NCBI GenBank assembly: GCA_023515725.1
Contig: JALDTO010000098.1
Coordinates: forward strand, 1,638,164 to 1,702,163
From: Amoeboaphelidium protococcarum X5
Taxonomy: Eukaryota > Fungi > Aphelidiomycota
Length of the DNA stretch: 64,000 nucleotides
Direction: 5' to 3'
How positions within the stretch are numbered: the first letter of the stretch is position 1; every line of letters starts with the position of its first letter. Below, piece by piece: positions 1 through 12,123 of this stretch. The translations under genes were made by a program, and so were the position numbers. A model generated the notes under the pieces. It saw only the letters and a program-made list of their open reading frames with translations. It was not told the origin of the DNA and did no database searches.

Positions 1-2722
1 CTCATTATTTGCAAATACAGACTGATTGCTACTCGCTTAACTTAGTAGCTATTTAAATGGATCTACAACACCGGATACAAAGGCTGCATACTCTTACGTG
101 GTCTCGTTATTCAGATGAGGCAGCAGATTCAACAGAGCCGATGAGACACCAAAGTAGATATTTGCTTTAACTTCATGTGGAATATCCTAACATATCTAGT
201 GGATATTGGACACGAAATTACCCACATCTCCGTATGAAAAAAGATTCTATGGCTTTACAGTTATACAAATGGACTAGAGTACCTGAGAAGCAGCCAGCTG
301 CACTCTCTTTGACATTCCCGGCCTGAATACAGCAATACAAGCACTCAATATGTTCTGTGTTAGTTCATCAAACTTCGATAACAAATTCTTATTGTCAATA
401 TTTCCACCACCATTACTATCTTTACAGCACGCTTTCTATTACAGAGTCGTCAACCAAAAAACATAAGACTGAATTACCAAATACGATTCTGTACACAGCT
501 TAATGTAGTCATTATGCTCCTAGTTGGCCGCATATCCATTCAGACAATTGCTGATCACATTCAAAAACTTGAGTACAAGACTGAAAGTGGAATCCAGAGA
601 GGCCTCAAAGTTGTCCACAAATACCTCGGCCAGGTGACCGACAATCTTTGTGGAAGTTCTCAAATCTTTGTAGCTGTACATGATATGAGCAGATTCAGAC
701 AAGGACTTTTACTGCATGCCTTATAACTACTATTATTACAAAGCGATTATCTATTAAAAAGTGGCCACTTGTCTCTCATACATTTCCCAAATCACCTGAA
801 TCACTTCCTGAGGATACAGCTTCAGAGTAGGCTCCAGGATAGATAAACATTCGTCAATGAACATGTCCATATCAGTCTAACCACTAGAGTTCTCCGCTGC
901 ATCTTCAATATCCTGCAGGAAGGATGGATTCACGGTATACTACATCTTGGCTAATAAGTTAAGACTCAACATAAGCATACCTTATTTCAACTTTTAATGA
1001 GTCTAAGACTAAGGAATTTATTGCTATTACAACTATCGAGAAGCAGGAGACTACAACGTCTCTTGACTATACTGAATAAACAAGACAATCTGGTGCCAGA
1101 TGAGTAAGCATTCTCTGAACGCGAGCACGTCAGGTTACTGCATTGTGAACTTGTACATCAATTCCAATAGATTGGGAAGTGGCAAGTTTTATAGACGCTC
1201 AATCTTCCCCAGGCAATTCTACATGAATAGCGTTAGCAATTCAGCAAACCTGGATCGATACTCATCATCCAAATCATCCATCAGACTGTTATCCGAATCA
1301 TCAGTTAAATGCTTAAGCACCTCATAAATATGCAAGAATATGACAGTCACGTACTCGTTACTTTGTGGTGGCATAAACTTGCGCAATAACAGTTCACTAA
1401 TACAACTCAGCGCAGCATTACCAATCTCGACACTAGTGGAATCATTCACGTGCACAAGTTTAAAAACTGTATCCAGCAGATATATGTTTAAGCACTGCTA
1501 ACCACTGGCAGTATCCAGTGGAATATGAGTAAAAATGAGGACAATAATATCCAAAGTCAGCACACACAATTCTCTACTCTCAGAATCAAACTATCCTCTT
1601 GGTGTTATCGAAATAGGACTAGTTAAAAGTTGACGCGAATTTACAGAGCTGAGATTTATAGCCATTTGGACCACCTGGGACTGATTGTACTGAGGTGTAG
1701 GAGAATTCGCTTATGGACTGGGCAAGTAGGCCTGTTAGTAACTTGGCTCCCTTCCATCTGCACTAATACTCCGCTAATGCTTAACATCGACGTATGGAAA
1801 CGCAGAACCACCAAATTGAACATTAGAACTACCACTTCCTGCCCCAATTCCATGCTGACCACCGACACTGCCACTGTATATTCCATCCAGTGTAATCTTT
1901 AATAGATGCAGCACACCCGACATGATGGATCCATAAGATGCAGCATTCTCATTAAAAAGTAAATGCTTCAGTTCCAATTTCCTGGATGAAGACATATCAG
2001 GCTTATTGCCAGCGGATAGAAATTCTTCCAATAAAGTCTTGAGCAAAGTCAGTCCAGTAAATGCCTCAGCATGCAGCGACTTTGTCAATTTCTTCCCCGT
2101 CGGACTGAGTGGAGGTGATAAGATACACTTATTAATCAGAGGAAGCACTTCAGAAAATCTATGAGGCCACATTCTCTTAGCCAAGTCCACAATAACTTTA
2201 ATCAGTTTGTTACTTGACATCAACGACAGCATTCCATTCTGATTGTGTTATTCAAGAATTTAGAGACAGAACTGCTTCAATTACTCTTATTCACCATCAG
2301 AAATCCCCTCCCAGTGTCTCAAAATAGATTCCTACATTCATGCCATTACAATTTCAATACATGATTCAACTTGTAAAAGAAACGAATATTATAACCAACC
2401 TCAATCATGGATAAAGCGAACCACTGCATATTCTAACTAGATTGTCCCTGTAGGATGGTGACGGCCTCCCTCCAAGCTTACGGTCTAATTTTCCACTACT
2501 GTAACTGTGATTCTACATAAATATTGTCAAATCGAGAGGTAAAATAACTTATGACAGTTCCAATTGATCAAGTAACTCCATACCTAAAGCAGCCTTCTAA
2601 TCATACGGGATCTTGGAGTCGAAAAAGTTCTCCACAGTCTATCCAAGGCTCTACCACACTTTATTTACTCAATATATAATCTAATAAAACTAAATGCTAT
2701 AAACGCCTACCAGTTATTGCAT
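1..2722 (-). CDS. XPO6: Exportin-6-like karyopherin (3' end runs off the window start); introns ~2651-2710, ~2513-2583, ~2332-2399
   Basis: With TAR=Gln reads MQQLSLGQTVENFFD...NKLIKVIVDLAKRMWP...ALSCISELL...LDDEYRSRFAELLTLF...LMYKFTMQQP, matching recalled XPO6 motifs (NKLCKVIVDIGRQDWP; DESYIEKFTDFLRLF; LFKYTFHQP). Three GT-AG introns restore the frame. Confidence 0.8.
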
Positions 2723-2859
2723 TTCTTTGCCTTAATATATTTTCAGTCTAACTTTATTCTATCTAACAATTGATATGCTGAAGATCAAAGAACAGCAATA
2801 CGGACAGGAAAAGGCTGACGGGCAAACAGTTCTCTGATTCTGCACGTTGCGAGCGATTG

Positions 2860-2922
2860 AGAGAGAGAGAGAGACAGCAAGAGAGACAGTAAGAGAGACA
2901 GCAAGAGAGACAGTAAGAGAGA
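2860..2922. repeat. (GA)n tract plus ~4 copies of the 12-bp unit GAGAGACAGYAA
   Basis: Visible directly, upstream of XPO6. Confidence 0.85.
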
Positions 2923-3812
2923 AAGAAGAGGCTGATCCATTTTTCACTTTTCAATTGGTTGATTGCTTTTAGCTAGATATTGAAAGTCAAAAGGGATAAT
3001 TTGATATCAATATTATCATAGTCCACTTAAAGTATGGTCATTCTATCAAAACGATTCCTTGAAACAATCCTGGACATGGATGGAGTTTGCCACACTTTGG
3101 AAGTTCATAAACGCGTTTGAGAGATGGCCGCAGCCGCCTAATCCATCCGACGCCTCTCTGTTTCACCGCTTGAGCTGATGCTCGTTTCAGATCTTAAAGC
3201 TCACTTTCTTATCCACCCACTATTACTGCTATCTCATTTACAACTTGATTATCACCCTCTATCAACAATTAATTATAAGAATGCAATCTTCTTCAAAAGA
3301 TACTGAAACACGCGCTGGTGGTTCTGAGGCTGTCATAAGTAATACTGATCTAAAACGTGCTCTGCTTGTACTATTAAATTTTACAAATCCCTGTCTCTGA
3401 CGGCACGTTCCGTGTGCCTGCTTGGTGTGAGGTCGAAGATAGTAACTCTTTATATTATACTCATTAATATGCAAAATAAATTGTATGTTAGATTTAATTG
3501 TTCTCAGTGATATACCCGCAAAAATGTATTAAGTGTGGATCCACGCTTTCTGCCTTGAAACTGTCGTAAAATGTGTGGATCCACGCTTTTTGGATAACAC
3601 TCTTGGAATCGCATTGGCAAATTGTAACTACAGATCGTAGTCGTTGCTTTAGAATTGTCGATATTGATAATGTATTTTTACATCGGAATATTATATGAGT
3701 AACAATGTAAAACGCGCGTGCAACGGTGATCAGATTATCATTTACAATAATTTACGAACGAACATTGAAAAGTGACAATTGTAAAGCCGCCCTCACGAAA
3801 ACTTCATTTTAG

Positions 3813-4247
3813 ATGTTGTATACAAAATTTAAACATGTTTCCCATCTTAATTTTTGGAACTATAAGTCATAATTTAGCTAATAGCTGTTAAATCGCACTG
3901 GCTATACATTATTCTCGCGAAAGAATTGTGGACTTTGTGAGTAGGCTGAGCACGCGTTGGATAGTATGGATCTTGATTACGCTGTAGTTGATATTGACAA
4001 GGAAGAGAATAAAGTATGGCTTGATAAATATGACTACTTCGTTCCAGTCTTGCATTAAGGGGACAAGGTGGTTTTGGCCTAAAAGATTACGGTTGAAAGG
4101 CTAAAGAAATTATTGAATGAAAACTAGTAATAAAACTAACCTTAAATCTACATTCATCATCTTCATGAGCACTATCTAATATGTGCTGATTTCAGTCTAT
4201 GCAGAAAATATATCTTCTTCAGTATTTTTCATATCCTGCAGTCGTGA
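3813..4247 (+). CDS. Glutaredoxin-like protein (DUF836/C5orf63-like), probably mitochondrial
   Basis: MLYTKFKH...YTLFSRKNCGLCEQA...VDIDKEENKVWLDKYDYFVPVLH. CxxC motif and the VPVLH cis-Pro motif. The first TGA is at 4245-4247. Confidence 0.75.
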
Positions 4248-5891
4248 TAATCGACTTTTCATCATCATTATAATTGTTCACGTACGATGATCTTTCCAAG
4301 CCCATGTCTTCCAGCGCGTTCAGAGTCTCTGCAAAAAAGTCTGACGTTCTCTTGCTCACTCTATTCCCAGACACAGTGCCAGCAGTGCTTACTGCCAGGC
4401 CACCGCGAGAAGATGCTGCGTCTTGAGCAGTGCTGCGAGACACTTATTTCACTTGCTATGATCGCATTCTACCCGGTTTATTAGAGTAACTCTGAGCTAC
4501 TTCGGACTTGATCGATTCGTCGCACATCACGCTCAATGCTCCAACTACCTTCAAGTCGCAAAACACGTCAATATACTCTCGAAAATTCTTCAAATGATGC
4601 ATTTCCTGTCTGCTCATCTAATGGCGACTCCAACTATTCAGAAGATGGCAAGCATCAACACCTGTTCTTATGTACTCCAAGAAAGATTCAAGCTGGTCAA
4701 TCTCACATTCCTATCTCTTGAGTTCGCATTCATCTCCAGACAAGGTTAACAGCTTCTTATTAACCTCATTGCGAAGTTTACCCAGGGCAGACTTATAAAT
4801 GTCATGTAACTGAGCCTCCAATTCCTTATGTTGCAACTCAACTTATTGCGCCCGTTCATGGATCAGCTCAACTTTCTTCGAGATACCCTTCTTCTTGTTC
4901 GCCAACACCTGGTCCTTGATCTTACTCTCTTTCAACACTTGATCAAAAGCCTCAGACACAGCGACCAGCTTATGCTTAGAAGCCTCACCACTCGAGTGAT
5001 TACCAACCATTTTACAGTGCACACAGACGGGCACGTGGCATTGAGAACAAAAGAACTCAATCACCTTCTCTGGGTGGTGACGGCAACGTCCAAAAACATC
5101 AGCTCCCTGCCCAATAGGCGTTCTAATGTGCCGCTGTGCAAGCTTATTCGCGTTATGCAAATTCGTATCACAATCTTGACATAGATTAGCTACATCAGCG
5201 GCGCAGTGAACAGTCGCAAATGCCTTCTCACAATTGTCACAGATTGGCTTCTCACGGGAGTTCTTCTCAGCAATCGGGTCAAACTCAAACGTGATAATGT
5301 ACTCTGGCAGTACCTGGGAGGCGTTCTTGATCCAGTAATCGTAATGAAAGTTAGTAGGGCTGGCGGCATCATGATTGATCAGGAACGAGTCGTAACCATC
5401 AGGGATATCGTCTTTCATCACATTCGCTGGGTCAGCGATTTAAGAACGCCCGACGACAACTTTAAACACCACCATCTTTTTAACAATCTTGGTGGAAGCA
5501 GAGTTCTTTGTCTATGCATTGTCCAACTTGATCTTACCAACAGGGAACTTCATACCAGCGGCAGATGCAAGCTTAAACTCGGGTGAACTCAGTCTTTTGA
5601 TCAATTCATCGTCACTATGAGATCCAGACACTTGTTGCACATCGACAAAACTCTCGAGAACGGTCTTATTCTACAATCATGGAAAGATATCTAATGAAAA
5701 CACTATATGCTTATAAACTTTATTACCTGAGCCTGTTTTTCAAACTGCAACAACTAATGCGGATTAGATATCACAGTGGCAGAGGTGATCTTGGCTGTAC
5801 TAGCGCCGAGAGATCTCTGTAACAAATACTCTACGCGAGCAAATTGAGTAGAAGTTGAAGATAAATTAGCACGTTGATCTCCAGACAGCAT
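4219..5891 (-). CDS. B-box zinc finger / coiled-coil protein with an N-terminal PARP/ART-like region; intron ~5672-5725
   Basis: Two B-boxes (CDNCEKAFATVHCAADVANLCQDCDTNLH; CRHHPEKVIEFFCSQCHVPVCVHC) followed by a coiled coil. Continuous to TGA at 4219 with TAR=Gln. Confidence 0.8.
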
Positions 5892-6136
5892 TTCGTATTT
5901 TGATATTAACCAACTTCTTTTATTTAATAAATTTATAAATTTAAAAAAATGAAAGTAGAGCACTCACTATCAATGGGAAGTGGGTAATCAATCAGCACTG
6001 TTTGTTTGTCCTCAGTTAGAACATCTCACGGCAGTCTCTTGGCAACTTGACCCCCCACAGAAGATGGCTCTAAATGTTTCAACGAATAATACAGGCTAAA
6101 AAGTTAATTCGCAAAGAGTAAATTTAATAGACATAA

Positions 6137-6956
6137 TCATTAAGCAGATGGCTCAGTGCTAGACGCGACATTTCTGTCAATAATCTGCTACAACTCATTC
6201 TCAGCGAAAATGTGGAATCCATTCTCCTTGGTAACGCTGGCCACTTGAACATTCACGGAAGTCAGCTTCTCCTCCATGATTTGCTTCAAAATTTTCAAAG
6301 CCAAAGATTCAACCTCTGCCAGGGTCATGTTCTTGTGATACTAATCCTACAGCTCCGTCTAAGCACCTTCAGAGCCGGCACCAATAGCCTTGGCCTGCCA
6401 TTGAACAAAAGTTCCAGACGGATCAGTGTGAAACAACTGCGGTCCTTTCTCGTCAACGCCCGCGATCAGCAGAGCGACGCCAAACGGACGACTCATCACC
6501 GCCTGTTCTCCGTCCGCTCCCTCACCAAACTTGAGTGCCAAGTCACAGATCGCCTACGCAACACTTTCCACCTTAATTTTCTCATTGTACACAAAGTGGT
6601 GATTCGCTGCAGTCACACGGGCGTGATCGATAATGGTGCGAGAGTCGGCGGTAAGACCACTCATAGCACAACCAATATGGGTGTCCAGCTCTTCAATCTT
6701 TCTAATACACGATGGTTCCAGCAGCGGAGAGTTGACTCTCTTTTCAACAGCAAGAATTACACCTTATGAAGTTTAAATACCAACAGCGGTAGATCCCAGC
6801 TTGATAGCCTCCATTGCGTACTCAACCTGAAATAGACGTCCTTCCGGTGAGAAGGTATTGACACCTCTATCGTATTCAGTTCTACATGTATATTGTGTTT
6901 TCAATTAATTAAAGATTAGTTAAAGTTGAAATACTACATTACCTTGACTAATACAT
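6137..6956 (-). CDS. PUP2: 20S proteasome subunit alpha-5; intron ~6882-6942
   Basis: [23 protein letters not shown]...[13 protein letters not shown]...[12 protein letters not shown]. Confidence 0.97.
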
Positions 6957-7436
6957 TTTATATGGCAACTTGTGTCAACAGCTGGGTGCTCTGGTAAGGA
7001 AAAGAAATTAACAGAGACGCGCTCAAGCGAAACGCGCACGGAGAATTGCTGAGTAATCCTCTCCATGGTTTTCAACTTCTCAGTGACTTCAGTACCAGCC
7101 TACTTTTGTTTCGCGCATCACACAAACGCTCTCAGTGAGCAAGATGGAGTACAGTACACTCAGGCTGATAAGCTCGAAGTTTAAAAGAAAATTGTGGAAA
7201 GGAATAGCGATAGGAACGAATGGGCGGAGTAGTTTTTAATTGATGCTGCTTGTACGCGATGTGCTGTAGTGTGTCGAGATGAGTTTGATTAGATCTGAAT
7301 CTTTTGTGACTTGAAAGTGTAGGTAGACGGAGAGCACGGTAAAACTTAAGTTAATGCTTTTAGAAAGACGTGTATAGACTAAGACGCTTCACCTATTATC
7401 AATGTATATTCAGTTAAACCAATAAGTCATTAAAAC

Positions 7437-8632
7437 TCATTTAGAGTTATTATTTTCTGGTCTTAAAGAACGGACGGTCTTCCCAGCAGTCCAGATCTCA
7501 GAGTTGCGAATTTCTGCCACTTCCTTCTCCAAGAGCTCGCGGTAATTCTTTTACCCACACATGTCCAGAGTTCTCCTAGCCTCCTCGCCACTCTCAACCT
7601 TCTCGTACAGCTCTTCAAACACAGGCTTGGACGCTTCATAAAACTTTGGCCACCAATCCAGGGCACCTCGTCTAGCCGTGGTACTGCAGTTCTCGTACAT
7701 CCAGTCCATGCCCTTCTCGCCAATCAACGGGTACAGACTCTGGGTCGCCTCCTCGACAGTCTCATTGAAAGCCTCGCTGGGAGTGTGACCTTTAGCACGC
7801 AGAACATCATACTGAGCTCTGAACAACCCCTGAATGGCTCCCATCAGAATACCTCTCTCCCCAGTCAAATCTGACACCACTTCCTTCTTGAAAGTGGTAT
7901 CATACAGGTAGCCAGAACCGATGGCAACGCCAATACCTATAGCGCGCTCCTTTGCCTGACCAGACACGTCCTAATGTACGGCAACAGAAGAGTTGATACC
8001 GCGACCATCTAGGAATAGACTTCTCACAGTAGTACCAGAACCTTTCGGGGCGACCATGATCACATCGATATCTTTTGGGGGAATCACCTCAGTATCTTCC
8101 TTAAAGACAATGCTGAATCCGTGCGAGAAGTACAATGTCTTCCCTTTGGTCAATTACTTCTTCATCATTGGCCATTGCTCCTTCTGACCAGCATCACTAA
8201 GTAGATTCAAAATGATAGAGCCTCTGGAAAGTGCACCATCAAGATCGAACAGATTCTCACCAGGTACCCACTTGTCACTCAAGGCCTGTTTCCAAGACGC
8301 GCCATCCTTACGTAAACCGAGGATAACCTTCATACCATTATCCTTCAAGTTTAGCGATTGAGCACGGCCTTGAGTACCGTACCCGATAACAGCAAAGGTG
8401 TCATCTTTAAACATCTTCTTCAACTTCTCTGGCGGGTAATCAGCACGCTCATACACCGTCTCTCTGCTACCTCCGAAATCTAGAGTTTTCACTGAACGAA
8501 CCTACATCACACAATCGATACGCGATAACATAAGTACACAGTTCGCTATAATATGTTCGGATATAAACATACCGCAGTCAATCTATTTAAGGAAGTTCGC
8601 GATCTAGAAATACTTGCTGAAGTCTTCAACAT
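7437..8632 (-). CDS. ILV5: Ketol-acid reductoisomerase, mitochondrial; intron ~8502-8571
   Basis: IGYGTQGRAQSLNL, LYFSHGF, APKGSGTTVR, SDLTGERGILMG, SEAFNETVEEATQSLYPLI. Confidence 0.97.
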
Positions 8633-8771
8633 TCTACTTTGTTGTTAGTAATTGTTAAAAGATTGATTAAATCTATCAGTTGTTTACATGTAAAGGAAAG
8701 ACGCGAGATCAAAGTTCAAAACGTGAAAATTAAAATTTTACAGTAACTGTATGTATGCACTACGTAGAAGC

Positions 8772-10217
8772 TCATCCAAATATCCAATCTTCACAGTCGC
8801 GGCAATTTTAGCGCGTCTCAGTGTGGCAATCTGCAATGACTTGTTTATCGCGGGATTTGCCATACTCCAACACTTGGATCACATACTTTATCAGATGAGT
8901 TCTGAGGTTGCTTGGAACATCGCTGCCATCATCGTGACCATCGTCGTCATCATTATTATAACCGCCGCCATCCTTCTTAATTGATAAGAAATCTACAAGC
9001 GTACCATTTGCTATACTGTCTTGAATCATGCACACATTGCCCAAATGACATTTTGTCTCCATAGCATACCCATTAGCATAACATAAACTATACGCGCCAT
9101 TACATTTTCCCGTGAACAATGGGTCAGATGGAAGTCCGAATTGCCATATTGCTACCTCTGTCTCTATACTTTAACCGCTTTTACTCTAAAGCTTGACTGA
9201 ATTCTTTCCATTCAATTAATGGGATTTCCTACCATTAGAAGAAATGGTATCATGAACGATACCCAGTTTTTCAGCATAAAGCCGATCTCCCGGTGCTTCA
9301 AACGTCACTGCTGGAATTCCTAATGATTGCGCAGTAACAGCGGCGACTGCTCCACCGAGAGAGTGACCAGTCAGCCAAATCGAAGCTTGCGGATACATAA
9401 CTACAAGTATGTCGTAAATCTCACGCGCCATGTTGTAATATGAATCTGGTTAATCCACAGAATCGTGCATGCATTTGGAGTCACATAGCAAGTTCATGGT
9501 AGAGCATGGACAAATAGGAGTCCAAGTCCAGTCGACAGCTGCACAACAGCAAGAGAACATGAGATTATCATGATACTTATCCCGGATACCAGTTCTACCT
9601 CCGCCGAATCCGAAAAACTTGGTGCTCGTCCCTTTGATTGCCATTATGATCAATGACTCGTCATTGGACGCGTAAACGTATCCTCTCAGACCTGTAGAGT
9701 CGCGCCCAAAGCTGACTTTAGCTTTATGACCATCGATATCCCACCAGGTGGAACTATTTACCTCATTGTAGGCGTTATTACTCATCTTGGCCAGATTTAT
9801 CACCATATCAATGTCATGTGGATCCGGGTACAGACGAGACGTGATTTTCCGTTTCAACGCGCCTGATGACTTTTGACTCTTTTTGGATGATTTGGCAGTA
9901 GATTATTATTGAGTTATTGGTTGGATTGTAAATGCTTCATTAAGGGCTTCATGCTGCGCCTACTAAGCATCAGTTACCAGCACAAACTAATCATAATCTG
10001 CTCTGTATATTTACACGTCTTGCACTGGACGCTTAAGTTTGGAAAACACCAACTGCCCACTCTGATCAACCACGCCAGTCTGTTTTAAAGTCTTTGGCCT
10101 AAAGATGTGTTTCAACCTCACCACTTTCGATCGTTACTTCGACACATCATCCGTGTTCCCCTGAATCGCACTAAACACTAGATGATAAGAAACCAAGTAA
10201 AGCCAGAAATGTATCAT
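8772..10217 (-). CDS. ATG15: Atg15-type autophagy lipase
   Basis: N-terminal hydrophobic segment, LAKMSNNAY, AIKGTS, DNLMFSCCCA, WLTGHSLGG nucleophile elbow, FEAPGD. 482 codons ATG to TGA. Confidence 0.92.
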
Positions 10218-10338
10218 TATCAGCAACGCATTAAATTTTATTGATAAAAAGACAATGTAAAACTATGACCAAAAAAAAGATTTAAAAATAACTCACTTTG
10301 AATCTATCGCAGGATCAATCAATGATCAGATGATCTCA

Positions 10339-11951
10339 TCAATCAATCTTCTTGGCAGCTGTATTTCTACGATGTCGCACATAGAAAAATACACCCACCA
10401 ACACCGCTATGACAAATCTACACACTGTGAAAATATTAAATCTTATTCCAATCGTGATTAAAAATAGAAAACTTACACTATAACTGCAACCACTATGCCT
10501 GAGAGACCTTCTTTTGATAAACCATCAGCGCCACTTCCAAACGGCGGAAGATCATAAAAATCCAGAAAGGTGTTCGCAACTGGCCTATTGACAAGATCGC
10601 TATCAGATATCAAGACAGAGGCGATAGATACTTCGAGGTACAATCTACCGCCAGTCAAATAATCAATCTATTTACGCGCATCTTTGAGACCGTTTAAAGC
10701 AGAGACATTCACACTGAAGGAGAGGGTTGATGTTGAATTCGCAACAAGATCGGCGGCTTTTAACTTTACCTGCTGTACCGCTCTATTATCAGTCAACTGA
10801 TAAAAGTTGAATACTTTAAGAGTCAAAAACATTTACGGATCTATACTAAGCGCAAACTACAATAAATAACCATCAATAAAGATATTAACATGTTTAAATA
10901 CGTTGTAAATGATAAATTACCTCATTTCCGTTTCTGACCCAGTACTGATAATTTACAGAGGATGCGGATTAGTTTAGGGGCTTCACCTATTTGCATTAGA
11001 CTTGATAGGATAGTGTTATATTAGACTCGGTCAGACTATACTTGACGCAGCTCTCATTCACATATAAAGACTTTCTAAGTTCTAATGGGGCATTTAAAGC
11101 AGAGCAGGAAAGTTAAGGAGATATCATCTTAATATCACAATTCAACGGCCTTATTTATGAACATTGAGATCCCATTCGATCTACAGGGCAGTCGCATCCT
11201 TATTTTGCAATAGTCTACATTACACGCATATATACACATCAATGTAAAGAAATCAGTGATCAAATCAGATGCTTACACTATTCAAAGGAACACAGCAAGA
11301 TTAAGTACAATTAGCATTCATAGCCAGAGTAGCATTGTATGGTGGAATTGCCGGTGCACTTGGAGCTGGTTAATTACAATATTGGCAAGATATCCTGCTG
11401 GCCGTATCCGTCTCCATATCTGACTCAGAAACCAGTGCGCCGCCAGTACAATTATACTATCGCTCCTGAACTGTGGTCTGAGTGCCAACATTTGAGCAAT
11501 TCCTATCACCAGTCCCTGTATACAGAGGATTACCAGAAGTTTGACGCTTAAATAAGTGAACACCTTGGCCGCGTCCTAATGATGATCTGTCTTCATCACC
11601 GCTTGCACTAATCTATGCGTCATGTTATTACGATTACTCCGTCGGTAATTACGAATAGCGTTATAGTTAGCTCTAATGACCACCAGAATTTATTTATTTA
11701 AGTAAATAAGCCTTGTAAGCACTATCCTTTATTTCCCTCTCAGTGTGATTAATGGCCCGCTGATCATAATAATTCACCATTGTTTTAACCATCGACTGAA
11801 TCCAATCCGCAATGCCAGACACCGATTACTTAGATGGGCCATAGAGAACAGTCTATTCCAATTGAGCTGACCCGTAATTATCGCTTGCTCTAACTATTGA
11901 TAAGAATATAACCAGAAATGAATATCTCAAGACACAGCGAAGCATTTTCAT
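10339..11951 (-). CDS. Uncharacterised type I membrane protein (signal peptide, KR site, Cys-rich EGF-like segment, C-terminal TM); about 3 short introns
   Basis: MKMLRCVLRYSFLVIFLSIVRA signal; ...HLFKRQ...; CKQGCDCPVDRMGSQC; GLSGIVVAVI...FFYVRHRR. GT-AG introns near 11216-11277, 10858-10920 and 10420-10475. Confidence 0.65.
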
Positions 11952-12123
11952 GGGCTGTTACAAGTCGAATAAAAGACGCTGAAGCAGAGGAGGAATGGAG
12001 AGAGAGGGTTGATCAATTAAAAACATTACAGTCGAAAGTCATAAGTCAACTATCACTAGACAAGACGGAAGAGCTATTACTAAATCTGTATTTTCTATTA
12101 CAACAATTGATTATAAAATCTGG

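Noticed and set aside
940-980. Possible GT-AG intron inside XPO6
   Set aside because: The unspliced frame is open under TAR=Gln and fits the XPO6 alignment.
6212-6769. 185-aa plus-strand ORF
   Set aside because: Antisense shadow of PUP2.
7065-7298. 77-aa + strand ORF between PUP2 and ILV5
   Set aside because: Plausible composition but no recognisable family; cannot be supported without expression data.
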